Shown here one piece after another: positions 19,353-28,532 of a stretch of 64,000 nt of DNA (position 1 is its first letter; each line of letters starts with the position of its first letter). The position numbers and the translations under genes were made by a program. Source of the DNA: Rikenellaceae bacterium (GTDB taxonomy: Bacteria; Bacteroidota; Bacteroidia; Bacteroidales; Rikenellaceae); contig JAISHQ010000091.1 of assembly GCA_031262465.1 (NCBI GenBank), positions 3,064 through 67,063 of the forward strand, given 5' to 3'. A model generated the notes under the pieces. It saw nothing but the letters and a program-made list of their open reading frames with translations, ran no database searches and had not been told where the DNA came from.

Positions 19353-19865
19353 TTAATTATTAACCCAGTATTTTAACGAACCTTTGCGCTTTAATGAGTC
19401 AATACGAACGAAATCTATACCACAATTTTTTGCAAAATCCCTATCGACATCACTGTCACCAATCATAAGCGTTTTGCATGGTTCGACATCTGGATAATCG
19501 CGAAGAATATCGTCGAACATTCCTCGCCCGGGTTTTCTACGGACATCATCCTCTGTTAAAGAAGAGCAATAGTAAATCTTATCGATAAATCCTCCTGCTT
19601 TCTCTATTTTGGCAATCATGTGGGCATGGATATCCTCAAGATCCTTAATCGTGTATTTCCCTTTCTGGATTCCTCTCTGATTCGTGACAATAAAAATATG
19701 CTTTACCTGCGTGCTCCAAAAAACAATCGTATCGAGCGCATGAGGAATAAACTCAAAGTCGTTCCATTTGCGAACATAATCATCAATGATGTGAACATTA
19801 ATAGTTCCATCACGATCAAGTAACAGTGTGTCGTAGCCTGTTATGTCAATCTTATCAATTTTCAC
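19353..19865 (-). CDS. gmhB: D,D-heptose 1,7-bisphosphate phosphatase (HAD-IIIA)
   Basis: 170 aa. The LLDRDGTIN HAD motif I, VTNQRGI motif II and GDSDVDRDFAKNCG motif III/IV are typical of GmhB. Confidence 0.8.
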   Translation of the reverse strand: MKIDKIDITGYDTLLLDRDGTINVHIIDDYVRKWNDFEFIPHALDTIVFWSTQVKHIFIVTNQRGIQKGKYTIKDLEDIHAHMIAKIEKAGGFIDKIYYCSSLTEDDVRRKPGRGMFDDILRDYPDVEPCKTLMIGDSDVDRDFAKNCGIDFVRIDSLKRKGSLKYWVNN

Positions 19866-20515
19866 GAGCCAAAGAAATGATCTTCAAGCATCAAACAAAT
19901 ACAATGATATACAGGTGAATGAAGTTCCTGAATTTTGTAAGTCTCTATTTCCGGTACACGGATACATACATCGGCCAACTCGGACAGTTTACTCTCTTTT
20001 TGACCAGTAAGTCCCACTACCTTCAAACCTTTGGCTTTAGCAGTCACTGCGGCATAAAGTACGTTCATACTATTTCCCGATGTCGAGATACCCAAGAGAC
20101 AATCACCTTTTTTTCCATAACCATTAACCTGTTGTGCAAAAACAAATGCAGGTTCACTATCATTCATAAAAGCTGTAATAAGTGAAGATTGAGCAGTAAG
20201 TGTAATTGCAGGTAGAGCTCCTTGAAGATGATCAGAAAGTGTTGCTCCAAGTTCTGGATTAATGGATTGCAATGCTTTTGCTTGCTCAAGATGTATTTTC
20301 CGTTTCAGCTTGAACTCTTTCATCAACTCTCCCACAATATGTTCTGAATCAGAAGCGGATCCGCCATTGCCACATACGAGAAGTTTACAATCATTTGTAT
20401 ATGTCGCTTCAAGGCACTCGTAAGCCCTTATGATGTCAGTTTTACATGCTATCAGTACAGGATATCGTTCAACAAGTAAATCTATATGTTTGTTCAATCC
20501 ATTTTCCATACTCAT
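19862..20515 (-). CDS. gmhA: Phosphoheptose (sedoheptulose-7-phosphate) isomerase, SIS domain
   Basis: 217 aa. CGNGGSASDSEHIVGEL and GISTSGNS are the GmhA/SIS signature. 4-nt overlaps with both neighbours. Confidence 0.85.
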   Translation of the reverse strand: MSMENGLNKHIDLLVERYPVLIACKTDIIRAYECLEATYTNDCKLLVCGNGGSASDSEHIVGELMKEFKLKRKIHLEQAKALQSINPELGATLSDHLQGALPAITLTAQSSLITAFMNDSEPAFVFAQQVNGYGKKGDCLLGISTSGNSMNVLYAAVTAKAKGLKVVGLTGQKESKLSELADVCIRVPEIETYKIQELHSPVYHCICLMLEDHFFGS

Positions 20516-21522
20516 CTCGTTTCTTTACGTGGAGAATATGCTTGTGGTGCATAATATATCACATTTGTTCCATCATTTTCAAAATTGAATGGGACGACCA
20601 TCAATTTATTCAATGTGTTGATTAAATTTTTCTGCTTCTCTTTTTCACAATAAAAAAGCAAGAATCCTCCACCGCCAGCACCCAGTAGTTTGCCACCAAG
20701 TGCACCTGCCTTAATAGCAATATTATACAGTTCATCTATACTTCCATCGCTGACTTTTGCTCCAATTCCCCTCTTCAACTTCCACGTTAAATCAAGTAGT
20801 TTTCCAAACTCATTTAATGTTGTTTTATTGTTGGAAAGAATCTTCTCAGCTTCGTCTACCAATGCGAGCATATCAAGTAGTTGATTTTTCTTATCAATAG
20901 GCTTTGAAAATGTGTCTGCCTGAATATCCGACGAAAAACGTTGAAGACCTGTGTAGAAGAGAAGCAAATTTTCATTCAGTTCTTTTTTGCGGTCTTGATG
21001 GATAATGATGGGATGAACCGTAAAATCATTATCGTGAAAGTCGATGCGATTAAGACCTCCGTATGCAGCAGCAATTTGGTCCTGCCAACCGCCACATTCT
21101 TGAAGAATATTCCGTTCTATATGTATAGCCTCCTCAGCAAGAGACCTATCGCTCATCATCTTTCCTTTAAGAGCACAGAATGCATTAAGCATTCCCACAG
21201 CAAACGAGCTACTGGTTCCAAGTCCTGTACGAGCAGGAAGGTCGCCTTCGTAGGAAAGTCGAATTTCTTTTATATCGTGAAGACGCATACACTCACGAAT
21301 TAGCGGATGTTCGATTTCTTCAATATCGTTAATGCGTTCTATGTGATTATAAACCAACTCCGTCAAGTAAGGGTGGAAAGGTGGCATATGTCGTACAACG
21401 ACATAACAATATTTATCGAATGTCGTCGAGAGTACCGCCCCGCCATATTCATTAAAGAATGTAGGCATATCCGTTCCTCCACCAAAGAAGGACATACGGA
21501 ATGGGGTTTTAGTTATTATCAT
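20512..21522 (-). CDS. hddA: GHMP-family sugar kinase, D-glycero-alpha-D-manno-heptose 7-phosphate kinase type
   Basis: 336 aa. TPFRMSFFGGGTD N-terminus, GHMP motif II LPARTGLGTSSSFAV, and C-terminal GAGGGGFLLFY. Confidence 0.8.
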   Translation of the reverse strand: MIITKTPFRMSFFGGGTDMPTFFNEYGGAVLSTTFDKYCYVVVRHMPPFHPYLTELVYNHIERINDIEEIEHPLIRECMRLHDIKEIRLSYEGDLPARTGLGTSSSFAVGMLNAFCALKGKMMSDRSLAEEAIHIERNILQECGGWQDQIAAAYGGLNRIDFHDNDFTVHPIIIHQDRKKELNENLLLFYTGLQRFSSDIQADTFSKPIDKKNQLLDMLALVDEAEKILSNNKTTLNEFGKLLDLTWKLKRGIGAKVSDGSIDELYNIAIKAGALGGKLLGAGGGGFLLFYCEKEKQKNLINTLNKLMVVPFNFENDGTNVIYYAPQAYSPRKETR

Positions 21523-21550
21523 TATTTAACTAATCTATTAGAGGTGTGCC

Positions 21551-22642
21551 CTATAATTTAACGGTTGTATGGTTCGTAAAAAACTGTTCTGCCTCAATAA
21601 TCGTTTTTTGAGTATATGACTGAGAAACAAATAACTTTACATTGTTATGTATTTTCTGTATATATCTCCTTGCGAATAAGAAAACGATTAAAAAAAGTAA
21701 ATAAACAACATTTGTAGAATACTTGAATGATAACCGCCTTAATTGCCTGTTATGTGGTTTATATGCGACAGCATAAGCTAATGCATACTCTAAGTTTAAT
21801 TTTTCAAGTTTATTTGCCAATCCTACTTTTCTTAATGCTTTCATGCCTGAATTGGCCCAAGCATAATGACCACACCAAACAGGAGGTATCGTTTTCTCCC
21901 AATTAAGAATATCATCTTCATTAATAAATGGTACTTTGTCCAAAGGTAAAACACCTCCTTTTTGATCGACTCCACCACCAGCCATAGCGGAAATACCATT
22001 TATTATTACAGGTATTTTAATTTCATAATATTTATCAATAATAGAACTCAAAGCTATTGCTCCCGCGATGTCAGGGGGATTTCCTGGGAAGCAAGTCCCT
22101 ATTTTGTTCTGAAGTTCAATGAGTTTTGTTTTTAAAACGATGCCATGATAAATTAATGGCATGCGTGAATACCATAAGGATAAGCCATGCCTTAATAGTT
22201 TATCTAATTGAATGGTTGATTCATGTGTGCAAAAAGGTTTTCTGCTTTTAAAAAGCTTTGCCCGACCATTCCAATAATACCAAGCCGTATCATCGCTACA
22301 TGCCGCAGCAATCTGTCTCTCTTTCATATATCGAACAACATCTACTATATTTCTACAGACTCCGTCATCATCTCCAATATAACAAATGTATTCTCCTGTT
22401 GCATTGCTAATTGCTACATCAGCATTGCCGGACATGGTTAATGAATCAGTTCTATAATAGTATTTAATATTAGGATTATCAAAAGTGGACAGATATTCCA
22501 ATATTTCAGAGTTGTTATCTGAATTGTCCTGTACAACAAGTTCTAATTCATCCAAACGAAACGAATCAATTAGTTTTATTAGTTCCTTCAGATATTTGTA
22601 TCTGTTTTTTGTCGGAACCACAACACTTACAAGATATGACAT
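21551..22642 (-). CDS. Glycosyltransferase family 2
   Basis: 363 aa. VSVVVPTKNRYKYL...LVVQDNSDN and a DxD-like GDDDG. Confidence 0.75.
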   Translation of the reverse strand: MSYLVSVVVPTKNRYKYLKELIKLIDSFRLDELELVVQDNSDNNSEILEYLSTFDNPNIKYYYRTDSLTMSGNADVAISNATGEYICYIGDDDGVCRNIVDVVRYMKERQIAAACSDDTAWYYWNGRAKLFKSRKPFCTHESTIQLDKLLRHGLSLWYSRMPLIYHGIVLKTKLIELQNKIGTCFPGNPPDIAGAIALSSIIDKYYEIKIPVIINGISAMAGGGVDQKGGVLPLDKVPFINEDDILNWEKTIPPVWCGHYAWANSGMKALRKVGLANKLEKLNLEYALAYAVAYKPHNRQLRRLSFKYSTNVVYLLFLIVFLFARRYIQKIHNNVKLFVSQSYTQKTIIEAEQFFTNHTTVKL

Positions 22643-22652
22643 ATTTAAACTA

Positions 22653-23650
22653 ATGACTACCCTTATATTTTCCTAAAAATGATTTTTTTTTTGGTAGAAA
22701 ATTTATTGTTATGACGTTGATCGATTTTTTGCGGGAGTTTCCGGACGAGGAAAGTTGCAAGCGCAAGTTCAAGGAGTTCAGGGAGCAAGCCGGGGTGGTT
22801 TGTCCGAAATGTGGCGGAACCGACCATTATTGGAAGCGAGACAGGGAGCAGTGGGAGTGCAAATCGTGCCGCACGCGCATCACCCTGAAAAGCGGCACGG
22901 TGATGCACAAATCGAGACTGCCGTATCGTTACTGGTTCATAGCCATGCACTTACTTACGTCGACCAAGAAGAGTTTTTCGGCACTGGAGCTTCAGCGTCA
23001 GCTTGGCCACAAGCGTTATCACCCGATTTGGCACATGGTTCACAAGTTGCGAGCGGCGATGGGCAAGCGCGACGGGGAGTACGTTCTGGCGGGTCGTATT
23101 GAACTCGACGAGGGCTTCTTTTCGACCGTTACACCGCCCGATAAGCGCGACGAACCACTCAAACGTGGACGCGGTAGTCAGAAGAAAACCAAGGTGTTAG
23201 TCATGGCAGAGAGTGAACTGGTCGCCTCGCCCAAGAAGGGTGCCAAGCCACGCCGGGTGGGTTACCTGAAGATGAGAGTGATCGAAGACCTAACGAAAGA
23301 GACTATCAATGAGGTAGTTCGAGAGCTGGCAAGCGATGCCACAGAGGTTGCCACCGATGGATCAACCTCCTATGTCGACCTCAAGGAGTACATTCCGCGT
23401 CACGATGCACAGGTGATTTCAAAGGACAAGGTCGGCGAGGTGTTGCCGTGGGTTCACATCGCAATCAGCAATGCTAAACGACAGATAATCAACACCTATC
23501 ACGACATAAAACCCGAATTTCTGCAAAACTACCTCGACGAGTTCTGCTACAAATTCAACCGTAGATACGCCTCACAGACCCTATTCGCAAGACTGCTATT
23601 CGCTTGCGTAACCTACAAAAATGAGTTTAGGTATTTATACGGATAGTCAT
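22653..23650 (+). mobile_element. IS1595-family insertion sequence (about 1 kb) with a 9-bp target-site duplication
   Basis: Imperfect terminal inverted repeats: ATGACTACCCTTATAT (22653..22668) versus the reverse complement of 23635..23650, ATGACTATCCGTATAA (13/16 match). It is flanked by the direct repeat TTTAAACTA at 22644..22652 and 23651..23659, and encloses a single transposase ORF. Confidence 0.8.
22711..23646 (+). CDS. IS1595-family transposase
   Basis: 311 aa. N-terminal zinc ribbon CPKCGG...CKSCR, followed by LPYRYWFIAMHLLTSTKKSFSALELQRQLG and a DDE-type ISXO2-like C-terminal region. Its stop codon lies inside the right inverted repeat. Confidence 0.9.
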   Translation: MTLIDFLREFPDEESCKRKFKEFREQAGVVCPKCGGTDHYWKRDREQWECKSCRTRITLKSGTVMHKSRLPYRYWFIAMHLLTSTKKSFSALELQRQLGHKRYHPIWHMVHKLRAAMGKRDGEYVLAGRIELDEGFFSTVTPPDKRDEPLKRGRGSQKKTKVLVMAESELVASPKKGAKPRRVGYLKMRVIEDLTKETINEVVRELASDATEVATDGSTSYVDLKEYIPRHDAQVISKDKVGEVLPWVHIAISNAKRQIINTYHDIKPEFLQNYLDEFCYKFNRRYASQTLFARLLFACVTYKNEFRYLYG

Positions 23651-23686
23651 TTTAAACTATGAATGAATGAGACTATAAATAGATCG

Positions 23687-24856
23687 TTATCGTTTCAATG
23701 ATTTGTGGCGATTCTCCATTGATTTTCTCGAAGGGGTTTCCTTTTGAGTTATAGTTGATGTATATGGGAAATAGCGTTCATATATCTTATATGCGCCTGT
23801 TACATCGTATTCAAAGTAAGTATAATATTGCCCAACAATGATTAAGCATGATATTAATGCAGGTGTAATTATGCGAAAGCGCATATCTTTCCAAGACGAT
23901 AAAATTGTATTTGCAGTATATATCCAAAATGGAATTACGAAATAATTTTGAAAACGATCAAAGATAACATTATTAAATACATTAAAAGGTCCCATTGCAA
24001 CATATATAAAAACAAATGGAAATAAGATATTATTAACGTTGTTTTCTGTTTTTTTCCAATTCAAAAGTAGCATAAAAAATGGGAGAAAGAAATCGATCAT
24101 GATCCGTAGGATTGTCCCTCTTATATTGAATTCATATAGACCTGTTTTAATATAAGTATTAACCTTGTACTCCAATGAACTTATGAAATAAAAACTTTGA
24201 ATGTTTTGTTGAAAGAAGATCCACAATGCAGAGGAAAAAATACATATTAAAATCAAAATAATATATCCTCGCTTATTATTTTTTATGCCCATAAAGAGAG
24301 GCACTATAAAACATACAAGCGCCGAAGTATGAAATAATGCGGCAATGGTGCAGCCAATAAAATAGTATATATATTTTCTGTCTTGTAAGTATCGGATCGA
24401 TAATAAAAATGCACATACAGCTAAAGACTCTCGTAAAATCTCCGTATTGAAATACAAGAAACAACAAATAAAATACAGCAAAATAGCGAGATACAGGCTC
24501 TTTTGTGTTGTATATCGTTTAATAAAGAAAAAGATAATAGTATTTATAATGATCGCATGGACGAATTGCATGAAAAAATAACTGGATGAAATGGTTTTGC
24601 AAAGAGCGCAAAAAACCATCCATAAAGGCTCGTAATGCGAATAGTCTACATCTCCACTAAAAATTTGTTTAAATGTGGGAAGTTCATCGTAACTCAATAT
24701 GTATGAAATGGTGTCCGAACCGACCATATATCTCAGTCCTGCACATAAAATTAATAGTAGAAGAATAAGATTAAATAGATTACTCGTCTTGTATCTACCT
24801 TGTCCGTGGTTAAACTCCATTGCATATAGAATAACCAATAAAATGATTATATACAT
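23687..24856 (-). CDS. EpsG-family membrane protein, putative O-antigen/repeat-unit polymerase (Wzy-type)
   Basis: 389 aa, about 10 or more hydrophobic helices, very AT-rich. The N-terminal pattern ...LRYMVGSDTISY resembles the EpsG family. It sits next to wzx. Confidence 0.65.
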   Translation of the reverse strand: MYIIILLVILYAMEFNHGQGRYKTSNLFNLILLLLILCAGLRYMVGSDTISYILSYDELPTFKQIFSGDVDYSHYEPLWMVFCALCKTISSSYFFMQFVHAIIINTIIFFFIKRYTTQKSLYLAILLYFICCFLYFNTEILRESLAVCAFLLSIRYLQDRKYIYYFIGCTIAALFHTSALVCFIVPLFMGIKNNKRGYIILILICIFSSALWIFFQQNIQSFYFISSLEYKVNTYIKTGLYEFNIRGTILRIMIDFFLPFFMLLLNWKKTENNVNNILFPFVFIYVAMGPFNVFNNVIFDRFQNYFVIPFWIYTANTILSSWKDMRFRIITPALISCLIIVGQYYTYFEYDVTGAYKIYERYFPYTSTITQKETPSRKSMENRHKSLKR

Positions 24857-24913
24857 AATGATTAATTTTGAAGGTGACTAAATTACATCTACTATGTTAG
24901 CTGCAGACAGAAT

Positions 24914-26446
24914 TTACCGATTTCCGTGTAGGAGATTGCCAATAAGTCTTTTAAATGTTGATCGTTCTATCTTTGTCATTCCAATTAACCACACAAAAGA
25001 ACCGATAGTAATGATTGAGCTTAACGCAACCAACGTGAGACGTGGAATTTTGTCAGTCACACTATTGTGTACCCAATTGCATAATAAATAGGCAATGGCA
25101 GTTATTATAGCGGCAGGTAATACGAAAGAGATAAGGTATTCTCTCACACTAAATGGCTTGTAATATTTTTTCAGACAAATCAATCTAACAATGTGCGCTA
25201 AAAATGCTGAAACAATCATTGCAATAAATGTGGTGTATGCCGGATACCCTAACTTAAATAGTATGTATGTGGCTGGAACACATAACAATGTGAATATTTC
25301 AACCGGCACATGATAACCTTTCATATGGCCAGTCGCCTGAATAATAGTCGTAATGGGGTTATTTAGTGACATTATCAAAGTATATATTATGATCAATTTA
25401 GAAAATAGCACTGTTTGTTCTGTTGTGGTTTTTAGCCATAAATTCAAAACAGTATCCATTTCTAACATCATAGGGATGCATAGTACCAGCAAGCAATAGT
25501 AAATGAATTTGTTGCTTATATTAAACAGAGTATTTAAATACGTGTATGAATTTTGGGCATAGGATTTAATCATTGGTGGCTTCACGGCGAGAATAAAACT
25601 CGAACTAAATACAGTAAATGCTGAATTGAGTTGCAGTGCGATGGCTCTTGCTGTGTTGACTATTGGCCCAAAAAATATATTAACCAAAATGGTATTGACT
25701 TGTTGCATACCAACTCCCGCAACTGATCCAAAAAAAGACCAACCTGAGAACGATAGCATCTCTTTGTATAGTTTTTTGTCTGTTCGTTTATGATAATGGC
25801 ATTCTTCGTATCTACTATGCCCGATTATCATATACACAATTAATGTGAGCAAGTGAATAACGAATAACGTAAAACCATATATAATTAAGCGATCAAAGGG
25901 AATTATTAAAAGTAAAAGAGCTGAAAGAAGTTTGAGGATACATTCAACCGTCGTTACTATCGTGAAAACACCGATTTCTTCCTGTGCGATTACAGCTGCC
26001 GAATATGGGATCTGAATAATAGTCGAAATAAAAGAGAATATTGAGAATTGATATACCCAATTTGCCACAACCATCCTCTCTGCCGGAATTACTAATTGAG
26101 TGTTGATAAACCATAAACCGACAGTTTCTCCAAGCAGTATTATAATAATGGATAAGATAGCATATATGTTTATACTTGCGGAAAATATATCCTGTAACCT
26201 ATTTTTCCTATTCTCTCCTATGGCATGAGAATAATACCTTTGTGTTGCAGTTGCAAGAACACTACTAACGCTACCAAGCATCGTAATGACACCAGCCACT
26301 ACATTGTAAATACCATAATCTTCACTACCCAGAGCATTTAATACAATTCGTACTATATAAAGATTGATGATCATTACAACAACCAATCTCAAGTATAGCA
26401 ACATTGTATTTTGTGCAATGCGTTTTGAGCTACTTGCTGAACTCAT
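24914..26446 (-). CDS. wzx: Polysaccharide flippase (Wzx, MOP/MATE-like superfamily)
   Basis: 510 aa and polytopic. The N-terminus KRIAQNTMLLYLRLVVVMIINLYIVRIVLNALGSEDYGIYNVV is typical of Wzx-type lipopolysaccharide biosynthesis proteins. Confidence 0.8.
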   Translation of the reverse strand: MSSASSSKRIAQNTMLLYLRLVVVMIINLYIVRIVLNALGSEDYGIYNVVAGVITMLGSVSSVLATATQRYYSHAIGENRKNRLQDIFSASINIYAILSIIIILLGETVGLWFINTQLVIPAERMVVANWVYQFSIFSFISTIIQIPYSAAVIAQEEIGVFTIVTTVECILKLLSALLLLIIPFDRLIIYGFTLFVIHLLTLIVYMIIGHSRYEECHYHKRTDKKLYKEMLSFSGWSFFGSVAGVGMQQVNTILVNIFFGPIVNTARAIALQLNSAFTVFSSSFILAVKPPMIKSYAQNSYTYLNTLFNISNKFIYYCLLVLCIPMMLEMDTVLNLWLKTTTEQTVLFSKLIIIYTLIMSLNNPITTIIQATGHMKGYHVPVEIFTLLCVPATYILFKLGYPAYTTFIAMIVSAFLAHIVRLICLKKYYKPFSVREYLISFVLPAAIITAIAYLLCNWVHNSVTDKIPRLTLVALSSIITIGSFVWLIGMTKIERSTFKRLIGNLLHGNR

Positions 26447-26486
26447 GCTTGTTTATATTACTCTATAATTTCAATTTATTCATACT

Positions 26487-27341
26487 TTACAGGGCGTAAT
26501 GAAGATACATGTCTTTGTGCTTGATAACCCATGCCGCCAATTCTGAAATCATCTGGTCGTAATCGGGTATCCGGTAATCGAATTCGTATCTCGTTCGTTT
26601 TAATGACTTGTCGAGATTGATACCTTCTATGGGATTAATCTTTATTGAATCGTCGCGCAAATAATGGTTAAACAATCCTAAAAGGTCGTATTTATTAATC
26701 GAGTGGTCGGGTACGGTATTATATAATCCATGTGCCTTCTCTTTCGCGGCGGCTTCCATGGTTTTAGCAAGTTGCAGTGTAGTTTGGCCTGTCCACATCG
26801 CTTTGGTGAAACCATTGATCTCACCGTGCTGTTTCATGAACCAATTCATCAACCCTATTCCATTTGGATTGATGTCAGGTCCAACAATAGAGTTGCGGAG
26901 TGTGATATTCTTGTCGTCGTCCAATTCACCAAGTGCTTTTGAACGATCATAAAATGTTTCTCCGTCACGAAAATCATCTTCAGTATATTCGCCTTTTTTG
27001 CCTGAAAATACACAATCGGTACTCATGTGAATAACCTGCGTGTCGGTGTCTGCCGTTACTTCGGCCAAAAAATGCGGGAAAAACGAATTGAGGAAAGTGG
27101 CAAGCGATTTGTTTTGTTCGGCAAATTGATTGAGAATACCAATGCTGTTAATGACAGAATCATATTTACCCTCTTTGATAAGTGTTTTTATTGATTCTGT
27201 ATCACGCGCATCGCCGACAATACTCTTAATATATTTTGATGTAACACGGTCAAATCCGAAAACATCGTGTCCTTGCTCTTGAAGGTATAACGATATGGTA
27301 TGGCCGGCCATACCATTACAGCCTAATACTAAAAATTTCAT
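26487..27341 (-). CDS. SDR-family sugar-nucleotide 4-reductase (RmlD-like substrate-binding domain)
   Basis: 284 aa. MKFLVLGCNGMAGH Rossmann motif, YDRSKALGE catalytic YxxxK. It lies immediately downstream of the FnlA/CapE-like dehydratase. Confidence 0.7.
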   Translation of the reverse strand: MKFLVLGCNGMAGHTISLYLQEQGHDVFGFDRVTSKYIKSIVGDARDTESIKTLIKEGKYDSVINSIGILNQFAEQNKSLATFLNSFFPHFLAEVTADTDTQVIHMSTDCVFSGKKGEYTEDDFRDGETFYDRSKALGELDDDKNITLRNSIVGPDINPNGIGLMNWFMKQHGEINGFTKAMWTGQTTLQLAKTMEAAAKEKAHGLYNTVPDHSINKYDLLGLFNHYLRDDSIKINPIEGINLDKSLKRTRYEFDYRIPDYDQMISELAAWVIKHKDMYLHYAL

Positions 27342-27355
27342 GTTGTCTGTATGGA

Positions 27356-28450
27356 TTATTCGCTACGTATTTCCCGAGACTTGGTACGAGGTCGAAGCCC
27401 GAGGTCTTCACGTATAAAAGTTAATTTAAGAAGTAATTCTTTCATCTCTTCGACATCAAGACGTCGAGTATTATGACTATGGTATTCATCCATTTTTTCG
27501 ATGTCAGGATTCCCGCCCTCTACCTTATCGTAATTAAGGTCTCTGCCATCGCATGGGATACGGTAATAATCACCACAATCAATTGCTCTGGCCATCTCTT
27601 CGCGTGTTACGAGGGTTTCATATAGTTTTTCACCATGTCGAGTTCCAATAACCTTGATCTCAGTCTCTCCAAACTTTGGATTGATTGGGGCATACGTCTG
27701 TTTCAGAGCTTCAGCCAGCACGTCAAGTGTTGCCGACGGAGCCTTTTGCACGAAGAGATCTCCATTTTCACCATGTTCGAATGCATAAATTACGAGATCG
27801 ACAGCATCATTCAGTGTCATCATGAAACGTGTCATCTGGGGATCGGTCATGGTAATTGGCTTACCTATTTCCATTTGCTCCACCCAAAGAGGAATTACGG
27901 AGCCACGAGAAGCCATTACGTTACCATAACGAGTACAACAGATTACGGTCTTTGCGTCACTTCCAAGCTGACGCCCCTTTGCCGTGGCAACTTTCTCCAT
28001 CATGGCTTTTGAAATACCCATAGCATTGATCGGATAGGCCGCCTTATCGGTGGAGAGGACGACTATCTTTTTCACACCATGTTCAATCGCTGATTCCAGC
28101 ACATTATTCGTTCCATACACATTTGTCTCAACGGCCTGCATGGGGAAAAATTCACAAGAGGGAACTTGTTTAAGTGCTGCAGCAGAAAAGATATAGTCGA
28201 CCCCTCCTCTCATCGCAGTATCAACACTCTGACGGTCACGAACATCACCAATGTAAAATTTTACCTTACTTGAGACCGAAGCGGGGTATTGATCTTGAAG
28301 ATGATGACGCATATCGTCCTGTTTTTTCTCATCCCTACTGAAAATCCGAATCTCTTTGATGTCAGAATCCAAGAAACGTTTCAGAACCATATTTCCAAAA
28401 CTGCCGGTTCCTCCGGTGATTAAGAGAGTCTTGCCTGCAAAAATGCTCAT
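27356..28450 (-). CDS. UDP-N-acetylglucosamine 4,6-dehydratase/5-epimerase (FnlA/CapE/WbjB/WbvB type)
   Basis: 364 aa. GKTLLITGGTGSFGNMVLKRFLDSDIKEIRIFSRDEKKQDDMRHHL is nearly the textbook FnlA/CapE N-terminus. MGISKAMMEK carries the catalytic lysine motif. Confidence 0.85.
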   Translation of the reverse strand: MSIFAGKTLLITGGTGSFGNMVLKRFLDSDIKEIRIFSRDEKKQDDMRHHLQDQYPASVSSKVKFYIGDVRDRQSVDTAMRGGVDYIFSAAALKQVPSCEFFPMQAVETNVYGTNNVLESAIEHGVKKIVVLSTDKAAYPINAMGISKAMMEKVATAKGRQLGSDAKTVICCTRYGNVMASRGSVIPLWVEQMEIGKPITMTDPQMTRFMMTLNDAVDLVIYAFEHGENGDLFVQKAPSATLDVLAEALKQTYAPINPKFGETEIKVIGTRHGEKLYETLVTREEMARAIDCGDYYRIPCDGRDLNYDKVEGGNPDIEKMDEYHSHNTRRLDVEEMKELLLKLTFIREDLGLRPRTKSREIRSE

Positions 28451-28532
28451 CAGTTTAATTATTTTGTAAATTCAAATTATTTCACTAAATCTTATGTAGC
28501 CCGCCCGCCGCGCCGGTAACCAATACTTTCAT

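Noticed and set aside
22663-22950. A 95-aa minus-strand ORF at the left end of the IS.
   Set aside because: It is antisense to the transposase N-terminus and the IS leader, and has no motif. The IS1595 family encodes a single transposase.
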